Notes under the pieces: generated by a model
What the model saw: only the letters and a program-made list of their open reading frames with translations
Databases searched by the model: none
What the model was told of the DNA's origin: nothing
In this document: positions 40,781-54,921 of the stretch, piece by piece
How the letters are laid out: every line of letters begins with the position of its first letter
Numbering within the stretch: position 1 is the stretch's first letter
Assembly (NCBI RefSeq): GCF_031769215.1
Contig: NW_026782272.1
Coordinates: 1 to 64,000 of the forward strand
Direction: 5' to 3'
Length of the DNA stretch: 64,000 nucleotides
From: Ylistrum balloti
Lineage: Eukaryota
Translations under genes and position numbers: made by a program

Positions 40781-41894
40781 TGGAATTCTAACACCTGAAA
40801 AATGGCCACAATGACAATTGGGTCCAAAAATGTCAGGAAATCAGGAAGTCGAAACAGTAAATGACAGCCAGAATATCGGCAGGCACTGATTAACAGGCAC
40901 CCAGGAAATTTGCAAAGTACACGACCGTCACCCTGGATAATAGAATGGTGCTCAGGAAACACCCTTGAGATTGAAATAGTGAACAAAACTGATACCCATG
41001 ATGTTGGAACCCAACAAGACCAGCACCGCAGAAATCAGAACTTAACTCATTGTCTTATCAAATTCTTGCCCTTAACTTTCTAAAATCTATCATATTATTT
41101 AATATTTGTCTTTACTTTCCCTTTTTCAATATGTGAAGAAAATCCATTTTTCACTTTATAAATACACTGATAAGAATACAAGCCCATTTGACTACATTAC
41201 TATTCATAGCTATATAAAATTGATACAAGAAAGCGTATATGCTTCTTGTGTTGAAAAAGTATTTGAAGTTGAACCAGTACAAACTTGTATACATAAAGTA
41301 ATAGATGGCAGTGGGAGATAGATATGACTACCATAGTCCTTGGGTGTTGTTTGACAGAAGACTGAAGGGTCCAGGGTGACAATTATGGAATATAAATGTC
41401 AGTTTGTCGTAACAAAGTGTTCCCTGCCACCATAGCAGTTACACAGATATATAAAGTTTTCGACCACCACACAGACCTGACACGAACATCCACAATGTGT
41501 GAGACAACAATGTGCTCCTTTGTAGCTAATAATAATAGCAGTGAATATCAATGACTGATGTAGACCATCATCTCTGAAAGTGGTAATCATATATTTGTAC
41601 ATCATATATATTGTTGTAAACATAGGACGTCACTTGAAGAAATAACGATTCATGAAACATGACAAAACTTTGTGAAAACATTCGTCTGAGAAAAATAAAA
41701 TATGTACCTTCTTAATGGAAATTGTTTAACTATTTCTTCACCATTCAATCCTTAGATGTGTTATTCTCATCTCTCAAGATTTTTTCATATGCTTTAGATT
41801 GTGTCACTATTACCTCTCTTTATTCCATGTTCTAATTGAAGGGCCTTTTATTGTTACAGACCCCTTTTTCTATAATCTAATCCACACGTATGTC

Positions 41895-42320
41895 ATTGTT
41901 ATCTCCCCTTATATTAACATCTCCCCTTATTTAAACATCCACTCCAAAGCAAGTTATTGTCATCTGCCCTTATTTTAACATCTACTCTAAAGCTGGTTAT
42001 AATTATCTCCCCTTGTTCCAACATCTATTCCAAAGCTGGTTATTATCATCTTCCTTTATTCCAACATCTACTCTAAAGCTGGTTATAATTATCTCCCCTT
42101 GTTCCAACATATATTCCAAAGCTGGTTATTATCATCTCCCCTTATTCCAACATCTACTCCAAAGCTTATTAATATCATCTGCTCTTATTTTAACATCTAT
42201 TACAACGCTGGCTAACATTATCTCCCCTTATTTTAACATCTACTCCAAAGCTGGTTATTATCATCTCTCCTTATTTTAATATCTACTCCCAAGCTGTTCC
42301 ATTGTTATCTCCCCTTATTT
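41895..42320. repeat. 43-bp minisatellite, ~10 diverged units
   Basis: Unit TTATCATCTCCCCTTATTCCAACATCTACTCCAAAGCTGGTTA (AAAGCTGG at 42032 and 42075). Confidence 0.9.
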
Positions 42321-42574
42321 CATTATCGGATGGAGAGCTTTGTTTTCTCTCCTGATAGAACCCAAGTAGAGCTTGTAAGCCAACCCAGCTGCCCAAAAAA
42401 TGGCTTTCTTACCGAGCTCCAACTACTAATCCCTATAATCAGTCATTAACACATATTTTAGTTTCTTACAATATCATCTGGTAATCATTTTTAAATACTG
42501 GATGGATAAACAAACTAACTGATCAAAGTCATACTGACATGCCCCAGTAGAAAAACATCACAATATCTGTGTAC

Positions 42575-42757
42575 CTCAAAGTCTGCATCACTTGAATCTG
42601 TGGAGGAAAATGTCCCAAAATCCATAAGTTCAAAGGTCACTCTGGTCTGCCTGCTTGTACCTGAGGGTGTTGCCTTGGTTACTGAAGTAGCTGCTACCCG
42701 ACTTGTAGTACACTGGGTAGGTTTCTTTTTCTTTCCGAATTTGGGCAGACGATGCAT
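42575..42757 (-). CDS. Probable first coding exon (61 aa) of the NCKAP5-like gene
   Basis: ATG-initiated MHRLPKFGKKKKPTQCTTSRVAATSVTKATPSGTSRQTRVTFELMDFGTFSSTDSSDADFE with protein-like composition; ends GAG|gtacac in phase 0, compatible with exon 30054-30185; adjacent to a CpG-rich patch. Linkage to that exon is inferred. Confidence 0.55.
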
Positions 42758-43400
42758 GATTATAATCCTCTTATGTATTTACGGCGTTTTAAAAACGTTT
42801 TATACATTAACATCCACTCACTGACTACTTGAACGCTACACAAGCAGTCACGATGGCTTCAGATGACACTCGAAGGGTGAAAGGCTCTCTATAGGTACCG
42901 ATCATGCTGAATACGACAATCCTTCAACAAGTGTTGAGTTAATTTCAACAAACGATCCTTAAATCACGAACTATGCACTTGTACAGTACATAAATGAAAG
43001 TTAGTTTTTAAAAACTTTCCTAAAATACCGATGCCTTCTTTCATCTTCCACAAGGGCTTACAGGCACCAGTAAGCAGTCAGCCTGTGTTATGTTACATCT
43101 TTCATATACAGAGTCAAATGAATTTTCCCTGTGATAAAAGTTGGCCCGAAATATCAAAACCAGCCGTGCATGTATCTGCATCTATTTGTTTCTGGCTGCT
43201 GGATGTTCCGTTCCTATGGCGATTTTATATTTCTATAAAGAGAACCTACGTAACTGTTTTTTTGTTTGAATTTCATCTCTTTGGTCCAGATAAGTTTGCG
43301 GATTATCTTACGAAACATCAGATTTTTCAACTCTGAATCCCGAACAGAACGTCTCTGTCATTCCTCCACTAGATTGGCACGATATACTCTTGATATACAC
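42758..43400 (-). promoter_or_regulatory. CpG-enriched putative promoter/5' UTR region
   Basis: Roughly 20 CpG dinucleotides in ~650 bp immediately 5' of the ATG at 42757, against visibly CpG-poor surroundings. Confidence 0.4.
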
Positions 43401-45057
43401 ATCCTATACACAAGATATGGATTTCTTATGTGAGTCACTTATGAAGTATTCTTATATACATTTGTAAAATCTTTTTGTGTACTTTTATGATTTTGGTGAT
43501 AAAAGTTCATTTTGTTTGTGAAAAGGAATTCTACAACATAATTCATTAAGTGTCATTTATTACAAAACTTATGTGAAAGGATAATTTATAAAGACATTTT
43601 CAGAGAAAAAAAATTTCAAATATCTCTTAACCTTGTCCAATCCTCTGATGTTATGATAGATTGTTGTGACATTTTGGAGAGAAAGCAGATATTTTGTTTA
43701 TCTTTTTGAATCAGAGATGTTAAAACACTCCAACATAATGTAAGGATACTATCTTGAAGCCATTCTCTAGTTTCTGAATGTAAAAGTCTTCAAAAGTTTT
43801 AGATTCACTCTCTCAGTGCAAATTAAAGTTCAATCATCACACATCATATACAACAAAATCCGCAGAAAATCTAAAACAGCAGCTATCCTTTGCTGTAAAA
43901 AGATTTATCAATTCACTTTTTGGGAGCTCCAGATCAAATATCCATCTTTTTCAATCCGAAACACCTGTTTCCATCTGAACACATGTATATCACATGCTTG
44001 TTTTTTCCCCTTGAATGCCTGTGAAGACCATGAAGGATGTCGTCTGTTACTCCAGTCAGCCACCATCAGAGATTTATCACACCTACATCACAAGTCTGTC
44101 CAAGTGTTGACCCTATGAAGTCAAGAGTAACTGCAAAGATAGTCTTGGTTCTCCCAGCTTCCGAAACTTTTGAGACAAAACTTTCCTACCGAACAGCGGA
44201 TGTAGGAGAGATTAAACTGGGGAGTGTGTTTTCCCTGAGTGCCAGTGCATCCTTCTCTCCCTCGGATATATAGTGATCCTCCTTCCCTCTGTGTAACACT
44301 CCCCCCTCCTTTATGTTACTCACTCCCCCTACACTATAGTACAGTACAACAGTCCACCAAGGCCTGTCAGCAAGAGCTGTCCCCCAGTGTTTAACGTCTA
44401 CTGAGTGCACATATACCCAAACTTCCTGCTTAGTACCCTCCCCTCCCCTTCTCTCCCCCCTGAAGACAGTGTCCTTACTTCTATATACATATACAAGACA
44501 AGCTTGTCTCAAGCTTTGTTAGCTTGATAGATATATTTCAAAAAATTCATTTCAACTTAATAATGTTAAAATTTGAAATCCCTTCACTCCATATGTCTCA
44601 CTCATTCTACTGATCCCTCACTGGCCCCACTTTCCCACCCTGTACTATTTAATGTAGGTACACATAATATGTTTGAACCCCAGAAGCCCCTATTAATGGG
44701 TGCACACAATTAGTCGGCACCTCCTTCTCTTTATCATCAAATGGTACTAAATTGCTAAAAAGTTCTACTTCCTAAAAGTTCATGCAAAACATATGATTGT
44801 CTGAATAAGAAAAGACCAATATAATTTATTATTAAACATGTATATATAAATATCTATGCAAAAAGACTACAAAAACTGATGTAAAAAAGATGAGTAAAAA
44901 TATCATAAAATCTGCAATGAAATTTTTATAAAACTAATTCCAAAATAGTTTGGAAACAGACTATAATTTTCTGTCCATAACAAAATATCACATGTATACA
45001 AAACATTTGTGTTTCCATTGCAAAAATTTTGCTATAATTCTATTGAGTTAGAGAGGT

Positions 45058-45790
45058 TGAATCATCTACCCCTAGTTTGTGCCCCTACCACCAGGGGGAG
45101 ACACATAAGCTGAAAGAGTATGTTACTGAGACAGAATCATCTACCCCTAGCTTGTGCCCATATCCCCAGGGGTAGCTGCATTTTCTGGTATAGAATGTAA
45201 CAGATGTAGAATCCTCTACCCCTAGTTTGTGCCCCTACCACCAGGGGGAGACACATTGGCTAGTGTAGAATGTAACAGAGGTAGAATCATCTACCCCTAG
45301 TTTGTGCCCCTACCACCAGGGGGAGACACATTGGATAGTATAGAATGAAACAGAGGTAGAATCCTCTACCCCTAGTTTGTGCCCCTACCACCAGGGGGAG
45401 ACACATTGGCTGGTATAGAATGTTACTGAGATAGAATCATCTACCCCTAGTTTGTGCCCCTACCACCAGGGGGAGACACATTGGCTGGTATAGAATGTTA
45501 CTGAGATAGAATCATCTACCCCTAGCTTGTGCCCCTACCACCAGGGGGAGACACATTGGCTGGTATAGAATGTTACTGAGATAGAATCATCTACCCCTAG
45601 TTTGTGCCCCTACCACCAGGGGGAGACACATTGGCTGGTATAGAATGTTACTGAGATAGAATCATCTACCCCTAGCTTGTGCCCCTACTCCCAGGGGTAG
45701 CTGCATTATCTGGTATAGAATGTGACAGAGGTAGAATCCTCTACCCCTAGTTTGTGCCCCTACCCCAGGGGAAGACACATTAGCTGGTAT
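45058..45790. repeat. 75-bp minisatellite, ~10 units
   Basis: Unit AGAATCATCTACCCCTAGTTTGTGCCCCTACCACCAGGGGGAGACACATTGGCTGGTATAGAATGTTACTGAGAT (45433 to 45508). Confidence 0.95.
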
Positions 45791-46364
45791 CACTTTGTGC
45801 AGCTAAACATAACACAGCTTGGGGTTATTAAAGAAAGTTAACAGATGCTGTAGAAACAATAAATAGCGTTGTACACACTACTATCATACAGCGCATTATC
45901 AGCTGAGGGGAGGGGGCTGGGATATCACCAAGAGCAAGAATTGTATGAAAAACCTGAGCTTATAAAACATATATCCCCGATGGCTACTTGATGACCACTG
46001 CTTGAGCCAAAGTCAACAATTAACAAGACCAACATCCACTGGCCACTCTATCTGCATTGGTCAGTTTTCATTAGCCTAGAATTGGTCAGACCTCTACGTT
46101 GGTCTTTCAAGCACACTGGTAGGTATATATTCATTAGTATGAAATTGGTCAAACATATATATATGTGTAGTGATGCAGGTGTACACCTGGCTTTAGTCAG
46201 CCTCATAATGAAGTGGTCAGACCACAAAGACCACCCATTCTCTCAGTATTATGCTCACAATAATCCACTCGCTCTCAGCAATTATACAAAATACAACACA
46301 AAATACAGGTTTTTGTTGGCAGTGTCACTGATTCCATTGTCTCAGGGGGTCCATTTCACCATTA

Positions 46365-47035
46365 ACACCTGTATTGGAAGACAAATCATTCTTCAAATAC
46401 AACTTGCCCTGAGAGACCAACCACTATATCAATAGGCCTATGTTGAGAGACCACCTATTACACCAATAGTACCAAGCTCTCTTGGATTTGACACTAGAAC
46501 CTGTTCTAGAGAACCAAAATTCTCCCAAAAAAAACTATCCGAGAGATCATACATCCATTACCCCAATAGAACTTGTCTTAAGAGGCTACTTATTCAAACA
46601 ATTGAACCTGTATTGAGAGACCACTCATTACTCCAATAGAACTTGTCTTAAGAGGTCACTAATCCCAACAATATAACCTGTATTGAGAGACCACCCATTA
46701 CCCCAATAGAACTTGTCTTAAGAGGCCACTAATTCCAACAATTGAACCTGTATTGAGAGACCACTCATTACTTCAAAAGAACTTGTCATAAGAGGTCACT
46801 AATCCCAACAATATAACCTGTATTGAGAGACCACCCATTACCCCAATAGAACTTGTCTTAAGAGGTCACTAATCCCAACAATATAACCTGTATTGAGAGA
46901 CCACCCATTACCCAAATAGAACTTGTCTAAAGAGGCCACTAATCCCAATAATATAACCTGTATTTAGAGACCACCCATTACTTCAAAAGAACTTGTCTTA
47001 AGAGGCCACTAATTCCAATAACATAACCTATATTG
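46365..47035. repeat. 70-bp minisatellite built from two diverged 35-bp subunits
   Basis: CCTG at 46607 and 46677; subunits AGAGACCACCCATTACCCCAATAGAACTTGTCTTA and AGAGGCCACTAATTCCAACAATTGAACCTGTATTG. Confidence 0.9.
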
Positions 47036-48126
47036 AGAAACATTATATTTAACCTAACAAAAGATATCTTTAGGTACCACTAGTTTCAATTTCAAAACTC
47101 TTATTCATTATTAGAATTTCATTCATTCTGTTAAGATGGAAAACTCAAATTGCTTTTTCTATTTTGGTTAAATTTCTGGGCATCCTGCACCCGATTATTT
47201 TTGATGTTGTGAAGGCTGTATGGTTAGCCTTAAGAGGATCCGCCTCCGAGAAGGGTGATATTTATATCATGAAGGAGTATTGACTGTCTAAGTCAGCTGA
47301 GAAATGGAGGTCAAAAGCACCCAGTATGTCACACAGCATGTCAATTTCAACATCAAATGGATATATTTCCACATGAAATAGACACTGTCTTCAGCATAAA
47401 TTACACCTTTCTCCACAACGACATGTCACTTAGTGTATAATGATGTAGGAGTTTGAGAGATCAAACTGCAGGTCAATACAATCTGGTCAATTGTCCTAGA
47501 CTGGTCAGTGTGTACAACAAATAACTATGTTTAGATATCATGCTGTCCTGGTCACTTTTGTGTCAATATGTCCCGACATGTTACTTTATTTACAACCAAA
47601 TTAGAGCTCTAAACTCGACACATCTATCAATATTAGTTGTCTGTGTATTCAGGCTATTGTTTAATAAACAGCCGGAGTGTTCTCCCTTCCCAATGTAAAC
47701 TTGCCTTATCTGACATTTAACCTTTGGATAAATACTTGTGGTCATTTTCTAATAATTTCTTTTTCTCATTCCTGATAATAAAACAAAATTTATTTTCTAC
47801 TTTCCAGCGGATCGATGACACTAAACGTTTTCTCACTAAAACTCATAAAGCATTGCAATTCCTAATTTGTAAAGAAGAAAGACTTTTAAAAAAAAATTGA
47901 CAGAACTGATTCACTGCAAAGTGTTTTTAAAGAGTACAGCATTAAAATATTTCAAAATTATAGTTTTAAAGTATCTTAGTCAATCATTTGTCACATTTTT
48001 GCCAAAAATCTAAATCCAAGCCATAGGCAAACCAGAATTTCTGCCAAAAATTCAATTATTATTTGATTTTGATATAGAAATAGATGTTGTAAAAATGAAA
48101 GATATTTTGAGTAAGAAATTCCTTAC

Positions 48127-48175
48127 TTGAGTGGAAGAGGGCACCGAGAGCCTTGTATTAAGACGAAATTCACTT
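48127..48175 (-). other. Candidate 49-nt exon (UTR or alternative coding)
   Basis: Acceptor ctgtttctatatcag and donor CAA|gtaagg; one open frame, SEFRLNTRLSVPSSTQ, ends in phase 0. Confidence 0.25.
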
Positions 48176-50269
48176 CTGATATAGAAACAGAACATTTACC
48201 AACATGTTTCCCAGCATGTCCCCTCGTTAATATTTCAAATGGTCAGAACTGACCGCCAGATCATCTATTTAACCAGGATTGTATGTCCAGGAACATGTGC
48301 ATCAAATTACATATCTGATAAGAAAGTTAATGATTTGACTAGCAGTGGCAGATCACTGAATGCTTCAGGTACACATCAACATGTCAGTTTTAGTCATAAA
48401 ATCACTGCCATGTTAAGGTCATCAGGTTTTAAAGAAATCTTGAGGTATAATATATATGGCAATGACACAAACTTACAATACTTAGGGACATGGCGATATA
48501 TACTTTTATTTTAGGAGGGTTCCCTCACAGAATATAGATTATCAGAAACTTTTATATATACATAACTTATGCTGGCGGCCTCTTGAATTACACTTATAAT
48601 ATAGTGTTGTTTCATAGATATTCAAATTTAGTTATGATTTTCTTTTGTGTTTTCCTTTCGCTTAACACCTTGACATTTCTCCATGTCTGCTCTTTGTTGG
48701 CTTGATGTAGAAAACTTTGTCATTGGAACTCTTTTGTGAAAAAAAACACTGAAGGCACTTCTGTGGCATGTGCCCTTAACTGTGTATGAATTGGAGCCCA
48801 TAAAATTCAGTGATATGTTACATGTTAGCTTCACCTATCACTGCCTATCATTTTCTAAATGAGAAGAATTACAGACTTCTTAAAATTGACAAAAATGATA
48901 TGAATAAAATTGAAATGGAAGGTTACGATATGGTTTCAAGTGTAAAATAGAAAAAAAAAGAAATACTCAAACAGCTGACATTCTGATTTTTCGGTGTAGT
49001 ATTAATTAAGCTGATGAAGCTTCGGAGAAACAGAGGTAGTAAGTGTGAGACAGAGTATTCTCAGTGTGAGAGTCACTAAAATCAGTAACTTAGGAACTTC
49101 AGGCACGCCTGTAAGTACATATGTTTTCCATCCTCCACACAGGAGAGTTCCATCATCAGACCTTCTCCACCTTAATGAAACTGTGCTGTGGATTCCAAAA
49201 TATGCTTATGAATTAATTATAAAGAACATCTTCTTTGACGTATCTCATATATGCGCTCAAGAATAAAAGGGCGACAGGTCTCCCGCTAGCTTCCATTAGG
49301 GGAAAATGGGGCACTTTAAGGGAACACTAACAACCATTCATTTCCTTTATCTGATTTTCTTTTAGAACAGTTTTCTTGTCTAAACACAAACAAATACAAA
49401 TGTGTTCTTTGAAAACAGCATTTATATTACCTTAGGAAAGATTTGAAATTCATGCTGATGTTAGACAGCAATATCTGTATAAATGAAAATCTGTATTTCA
49501 TAATCAGAAACATTCACCATCTACCACGTTCCCTGACAAGTAGAATATCTCCTTTAATTATGTTCATGAGTATTTCTGCCTCATTTGACTGTAACAAAAA
49601 ACAAAAATCCTACTTTTCACCCAAAACAGCCCCAGTTTTCAGCAGTAGGTGCAGCAGGCAACACAGTAAGTCAAAGAATTATAACTGATATTATGTATTT
49701 TTAATAGAAAGGGAATGCTGACATTATCACCGCCTTCAGCAGACATCTGACGTTAAATTTCATCAAGATGTTATTGAGTCAAGGAGAAAAACGAAATTAC
49801 ACATTGGTGTTAACACGTACTACTCATAGTCCTAATATCACTTTAGGACCTAACTTTATCAGAAAAAAATGTGAAATAATATTTGAAAGTGTTTATCTGG
49901 TACTGTTTGATTATGGGAATGCCACAATTGAAAACATACTGTGATATAATTTTATTTCCCCCGACCCTGGGAATCATTTTTGAAGTGATTTTGTCTTGAT
50001 ATTAACTAATTACATCATGGGAAGCACCAAGTCTGTATTAATAGCTATCGCTGTTCCTAATTTATATTACAACATTCCCAGCAATCTAGTTTGTAATTCA
50101 CATGTGCACGTCACTTCAAAATTTGGTCTTACATTTTAATATTCCGAGTAGACAGTTCAGCTTGTTTGCTGAAATACATAATTAAGATGCCTCATTGGTG
50201 TATATTACAATATGAAACACCTTTCAAATCTGACCTATTTGTTAAACTCTACATCATACACCATTAAAG

Positions 50270-52310
50270 ACTTTGTATATAGGACATCACATTGGAATCC
50301 CTTGTATAATGGACATATCACATCAGAAACCCTTGTATAATGGACATCACATCAGAAATCCTTGTACATCACATCAGAAACCTCTGTATAATGGACATAT
50401 CACATCAGAAACCCTTGGACATCACATCAGAAACCTTTGTATAATGGACACATCACATCAGAAACCTTTGTACAATGGACACATCACATCAGAAACCTTG
50501 GTGTAATGGACATATCACATCAGAAACCTTTGTATAATGGACATATCACATCAGAAACCTTTGTATAATCGACATATCACATCAGAAACCTCTGTATAAT
50601 GGACATATCACAACAGAAACCTTTGTTTAAAGGACATTACATCAGAAACCTCTGTATTAAGGACATTAAATATCTGAAACCTCTGTATGAAGGACAATTT
50701 ACGTCAGAAACTTCTGTAAATTGGACAAAACATCAAGAATCTCTATTAATGGATACCGAACATCAGAATTCTCTATGTAAAGGATATGATACATCAGATA
50801 CTTCAATGTAAAGGACACAGTAGATCAGAAACCTCTGTATAATGGACATAGCACCAGGAATCTCTGTATAATGGACATAACACCAGGAATCTCTGTATAT
50901 TGGACATAACACCAGGAATCTCTGTATAATGGACATAACACCAGGAATCTCTGTATAATGGACATAACACCAGGAATCTCTGTATAATGGACATAACACC
51001 AGGAATCTCTGTATATTGGACATAACACCAGGAATCTCTGTATAATGGACATAACACCAGGAATCTCTGTATAATGGACATAACACCAGGAATCTCTGTA
51101 TAATGGACATAACACCAGGAATCTCTGTATAATGGACATAACACCAGGAATCTCTGTATATTGGACATAACACCAGGAATCTCTGTATAATGGACATAAC
51201 ACCAGGAATCTCTGTATAATGGACATAACACCAGGAATCTCTGTATAATGGACATAACACCAGGAATCTCTGTATATTGGACATAACACCAGGAATCTCT
51301 GTATAATGGACATAACACCAGGAATCTCTGTATAATGGACATAACACCAGGAATCTCTGTATAATGGACAAAACACCAGGAATCTCTGTATATTGGACAT
51401 AACACCAGGAATCTCTGTATAATGGACATAACACCAGGAATCTCTGTATAATGGACATAACACCAGGAATCTCTGTATAATGGACATAACACCAGGAATC
51501 TCTGTATAATGGACATAACACCAGGAATCTCTGTATATTGGACATAACACCAGGAATCTCTGTATAATGGACATAACACCAGGAATCTCTGTATATTGGA
51601 CATAACACCAGGAATCTCTGTATAATGGACATAACACCAGGAATCTCTGTATAATGGACATAACACCAGGAATCTCTGTATATTGGACATAACACCAGGA
51701 ATCTCTGTATATTGGACATAACACCAGGAATCTCTGTATAATGGACATAACACCAGGAATCTCTGTATAATGGACATAACACCAGGAATCTCTGTATAAT
51801 GGACATAACACCAGGAATCTCTGTATAATGGACATAACACCAGGAATCTCTGTATATTGCACATTACATCAGAATTCTCTGTATAAAGGGCATTACGTCA
51901 TAAACCTCTGTATAAAGGACACTTTACATTAAAAACCTCTGTATAAAGGACACTTTACATTAAAAACCTCTGTATAAAGGACATTACATCAGAAACCTCT
52001 GTATAAAGGGCACTTTTCATCATAAAACTCTGTATAAAGGACACTTTACATCAAAAACCTCTGTATAAAGGACACTTTACATTAAAAACTTCTGTATAAA
52101 GGACATTACATCAGAAACCTCCATATAAAGGACTCTTTACATCAGAAACCTCTGTATAAAGGACACTTTACATTAAAAACCTCTGTATAAAGGATATTAC
52201 ATCAGAAACCTCCATATAAAGGACACTTTACATCAGAAACCTCTGTATAAAGGACACTTTACATCAGATACCTCTGTATAAAGGACATTACACCAGAAAC
52301 CTCTGTATAA
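50270..52310. repeat. Composite 29-31-bp minisatellite with a homogeneous 29-bp core (~50843-51858, ~35 units)
   Basis: Core unit GGACATAACACCAGGAATCTCTGTATAAT (50881 to 50910); flanks are related 30-31-bp units (GGACATATCACATCAGAAACCTTTGTATAAT on the left, GGACACTTTACATCAGAAACCTCTGTATAAA on the right). Confidence 0.97.
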
Positions 52311-52900
52311 AGAACCACTTCCAAATATTCAATTAAATCCTTACAATATTACAATAAAACAATAAGTGACTGCATGGTTTACCCTGGTTATGTTACTCTG
52401 TATTTAATGGTTACATATTCTTTTGCCACCATGTGAGCTGTATTATCTTAAAAGAAAAACCCAAAAAGTAAAGTTCAAATTACAAATTACATCAAAGAGA
52501 TTTCACAAATGAAATGAATTATCACTCACAACTAGGACTCTTGTTCTCACTGGCTGTTTAATTTTAAGTATCAGACAGTGATTCATAAGATGCATGAGCA
52601 GACAATATTAAACACATAGAAGAAAATGGTATAATGAGTCACCATCTTGTGTAGTGTTAGTTGTTATCAGGTGTGTGATGAGCACATGGGATTAAAGATA
52701 CCATCAACTGGAACATTGAGATATACATAAGCCGAGGTTTAACAGTCATTTTCTACATCAATTACCCAAACATGGTGTCGTACCGCATTTATCTATCAAC
52801 GAACCCCTGTGTTCATCAGTAAAATTATCATTGCATACACGTGCCATATCACTGCCCACCACATGACAATGAGACAGAATTCATTTGTATTAATACATTT

Positions 52901-53010
52901 TAAACTTTATTTATTTTACAACAATTGCGAAACAAGTTATGTCAACTTATACTAATCACTCTTGTTGGCCCGGATGTAAGTGCGAGGGGTCTTCTAGTGG
53001 GAGGAAACCG
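52901..53010 (-). mobile_element. Possible truncated SINE 3' fragment
   Basis: GTGGGAGGAAACCG motif (recalled from V-SINE-like and invertebrate SINE cores) breaks off abruptly; the other end has an A-rich tail on the minus strand. Confidence 0.3.
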
Positions 53011-54921
53011 TACATGTATTAAGACATTAATGTATATATTATATATCATGGGCTTATTGAAGGATAATTACGATAATCTCTGATCAACACATCAAGCTCT
53101 AATGGACTGACACAATACTTTTTCTTTAAAGACACTATAAAAACTGTTTAAGAAATAATCAGACAAAACGTCCGTTTATATGTCTGTGTGAAAATATATC
53201 ATTACAAATCCACAACAGTGACATATCTTCAGTGGGTATGATCTGGGAATCAAAAATAATTAGGTTTTGACCGAAAACAATCTTCACAATTCAAAGACTA
53301 TGGACCATAAAGAGGAGATGAAAGCAGAGGAACACATTAAGTTTGACAATAAACAAATGTGCACCCTAATTCTGTAAATAATGTGTTTCTGAAATAACTA
53401 GTTTTTATTAAGTACACTTTGTTTTGTTTTATTTTTCTTTTGAAATATAAAACTACATGAAATGCATTCCTAAAAATCCTGTCAAAAATATTTTGGAATT
53501 TTTACAACATGTAATGCTCGAAAGACATGTCAGTTATTTACAATATTGGTATATCTAAAAAAAAAACACACAAACAAAAATGTATTTTCAAGATGTGTAT
53601 TAAGACAAATTATTCTTATAAACAGCCCTAATCTGAAAACAAATTTGTGTTATTGGGTCTCCTTGATGTTTATTAGTTTTGATGTCAATGATATTATATC
53701 AAGTAGGTTTTTTTCACAATATAAGGTGTCGTACATACTTGTAAACAAGAATCTGGAGCGCTAGGCCCATAGCACATGAACCCAAGGTCAACATTTATCC
53801 AAAAACTCAAGGTCACTAAGGTTGAGGAAATCCACCTGGTGTGGTGAAATGTTTTTCGGTCTGGTTAAATGTAATCCAAAAAATTCAATTATACTTAAGG
53901 CGGTATGTGATTATGAAAATGTCTCAAATTAATGCCATTCTTTCTTTTGAAACAACATTACATGTGGGTGCTGTTCTACATTTGGACAATATTTCTGTAA
54001 ATACAATAAAATATTCTACAAGAACTGGAAAAAAGGATACACATATTTTGACACTGTCTGTATTGAACAATCTATGCCAAAGATCTCTTAAATGCACATA
54101 TTTTCACTCAGGTCAAAGGTCAAATTGTTTACAGTTTTTTCTCTACAATGATATGTCTTACATAATATTTTGAAGATATATAAGTACAGCTCAATGAACA
54201 ATAAGGTTCTGTTCAATTCTGTTTTTCATTTTTTTCATTTTTTTTCTCAAGAGCTCAAATGACATGTGGCAAAAGAAAGGACAAGGAAAATGTACATGTT
54301 TAATTTTCAATACGCTTTCCTGGCATTTGAAAATATATATTTATTTTTCAAATAAATTTGAATCTACAACAATGACTTATAAATTAATAAACAATAGTTT
54401 GGAGCTGGCTCGTGTTTTTATTTTTTTATTTCTATTTTTGAGTATTATGTAACTGACTGTTAGAGGTTAGAGGTCAATGACCGATGCTCTCTTCAGAACA
54501 GTATCTACCTATATTGATTACATGCCTCACCACATAACAAAGGATAAGATCAAGACGTTTACATTTAAATCACCGTTACAGATAGAACAGCCACACATTT
54601 TGTCTAAACAATTGGACATATATGGTCTGTGTAAATTGCTGTGGTGTTTTATAGAATGCTATCAGATCTACCATCAATGTAACTTCACCGTCATAAATTA
54701 TATCATTAATTCAAAGCTAATCACCGACTTGGGTACAACAGCCCGATGTACTAGGTTTTTTTTTTTTTTGTGGTTTATTCGGCAGTCTATACCTGGCCTA
54801 AATACAAACGGGTGTACTGGGCGCAATCTTATTACATAAACTTACATATCTTAAACTGCAATCAAGTTGACCTTGCGTTGTCTGAAAGTGTCATACTCTA
54901 TCTATTCTGTAGAAAATGCAA

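Noticed and set aside
41200-41623. Cys-rich minus ORFs as a small secreted or metal-binding peptide gene
   Set aside because: No signal peptide or regular Cys spacing, no donor site, and the frames are not continuous.
50763-51864. Three ORFs of 345-353 aa as protein-coding genes
   Set aside because: They are fully explained by a stop-free 29-bp tandem unit; no unique coding sequence or splice context.
53745-54130. Possible old repeat with CAAGGTCA/GGTCAAAGGTCA motifs, and ORF 53841-54173
   Set aside because: Too degenerate to define termini; the ORF has no recognisable homology.
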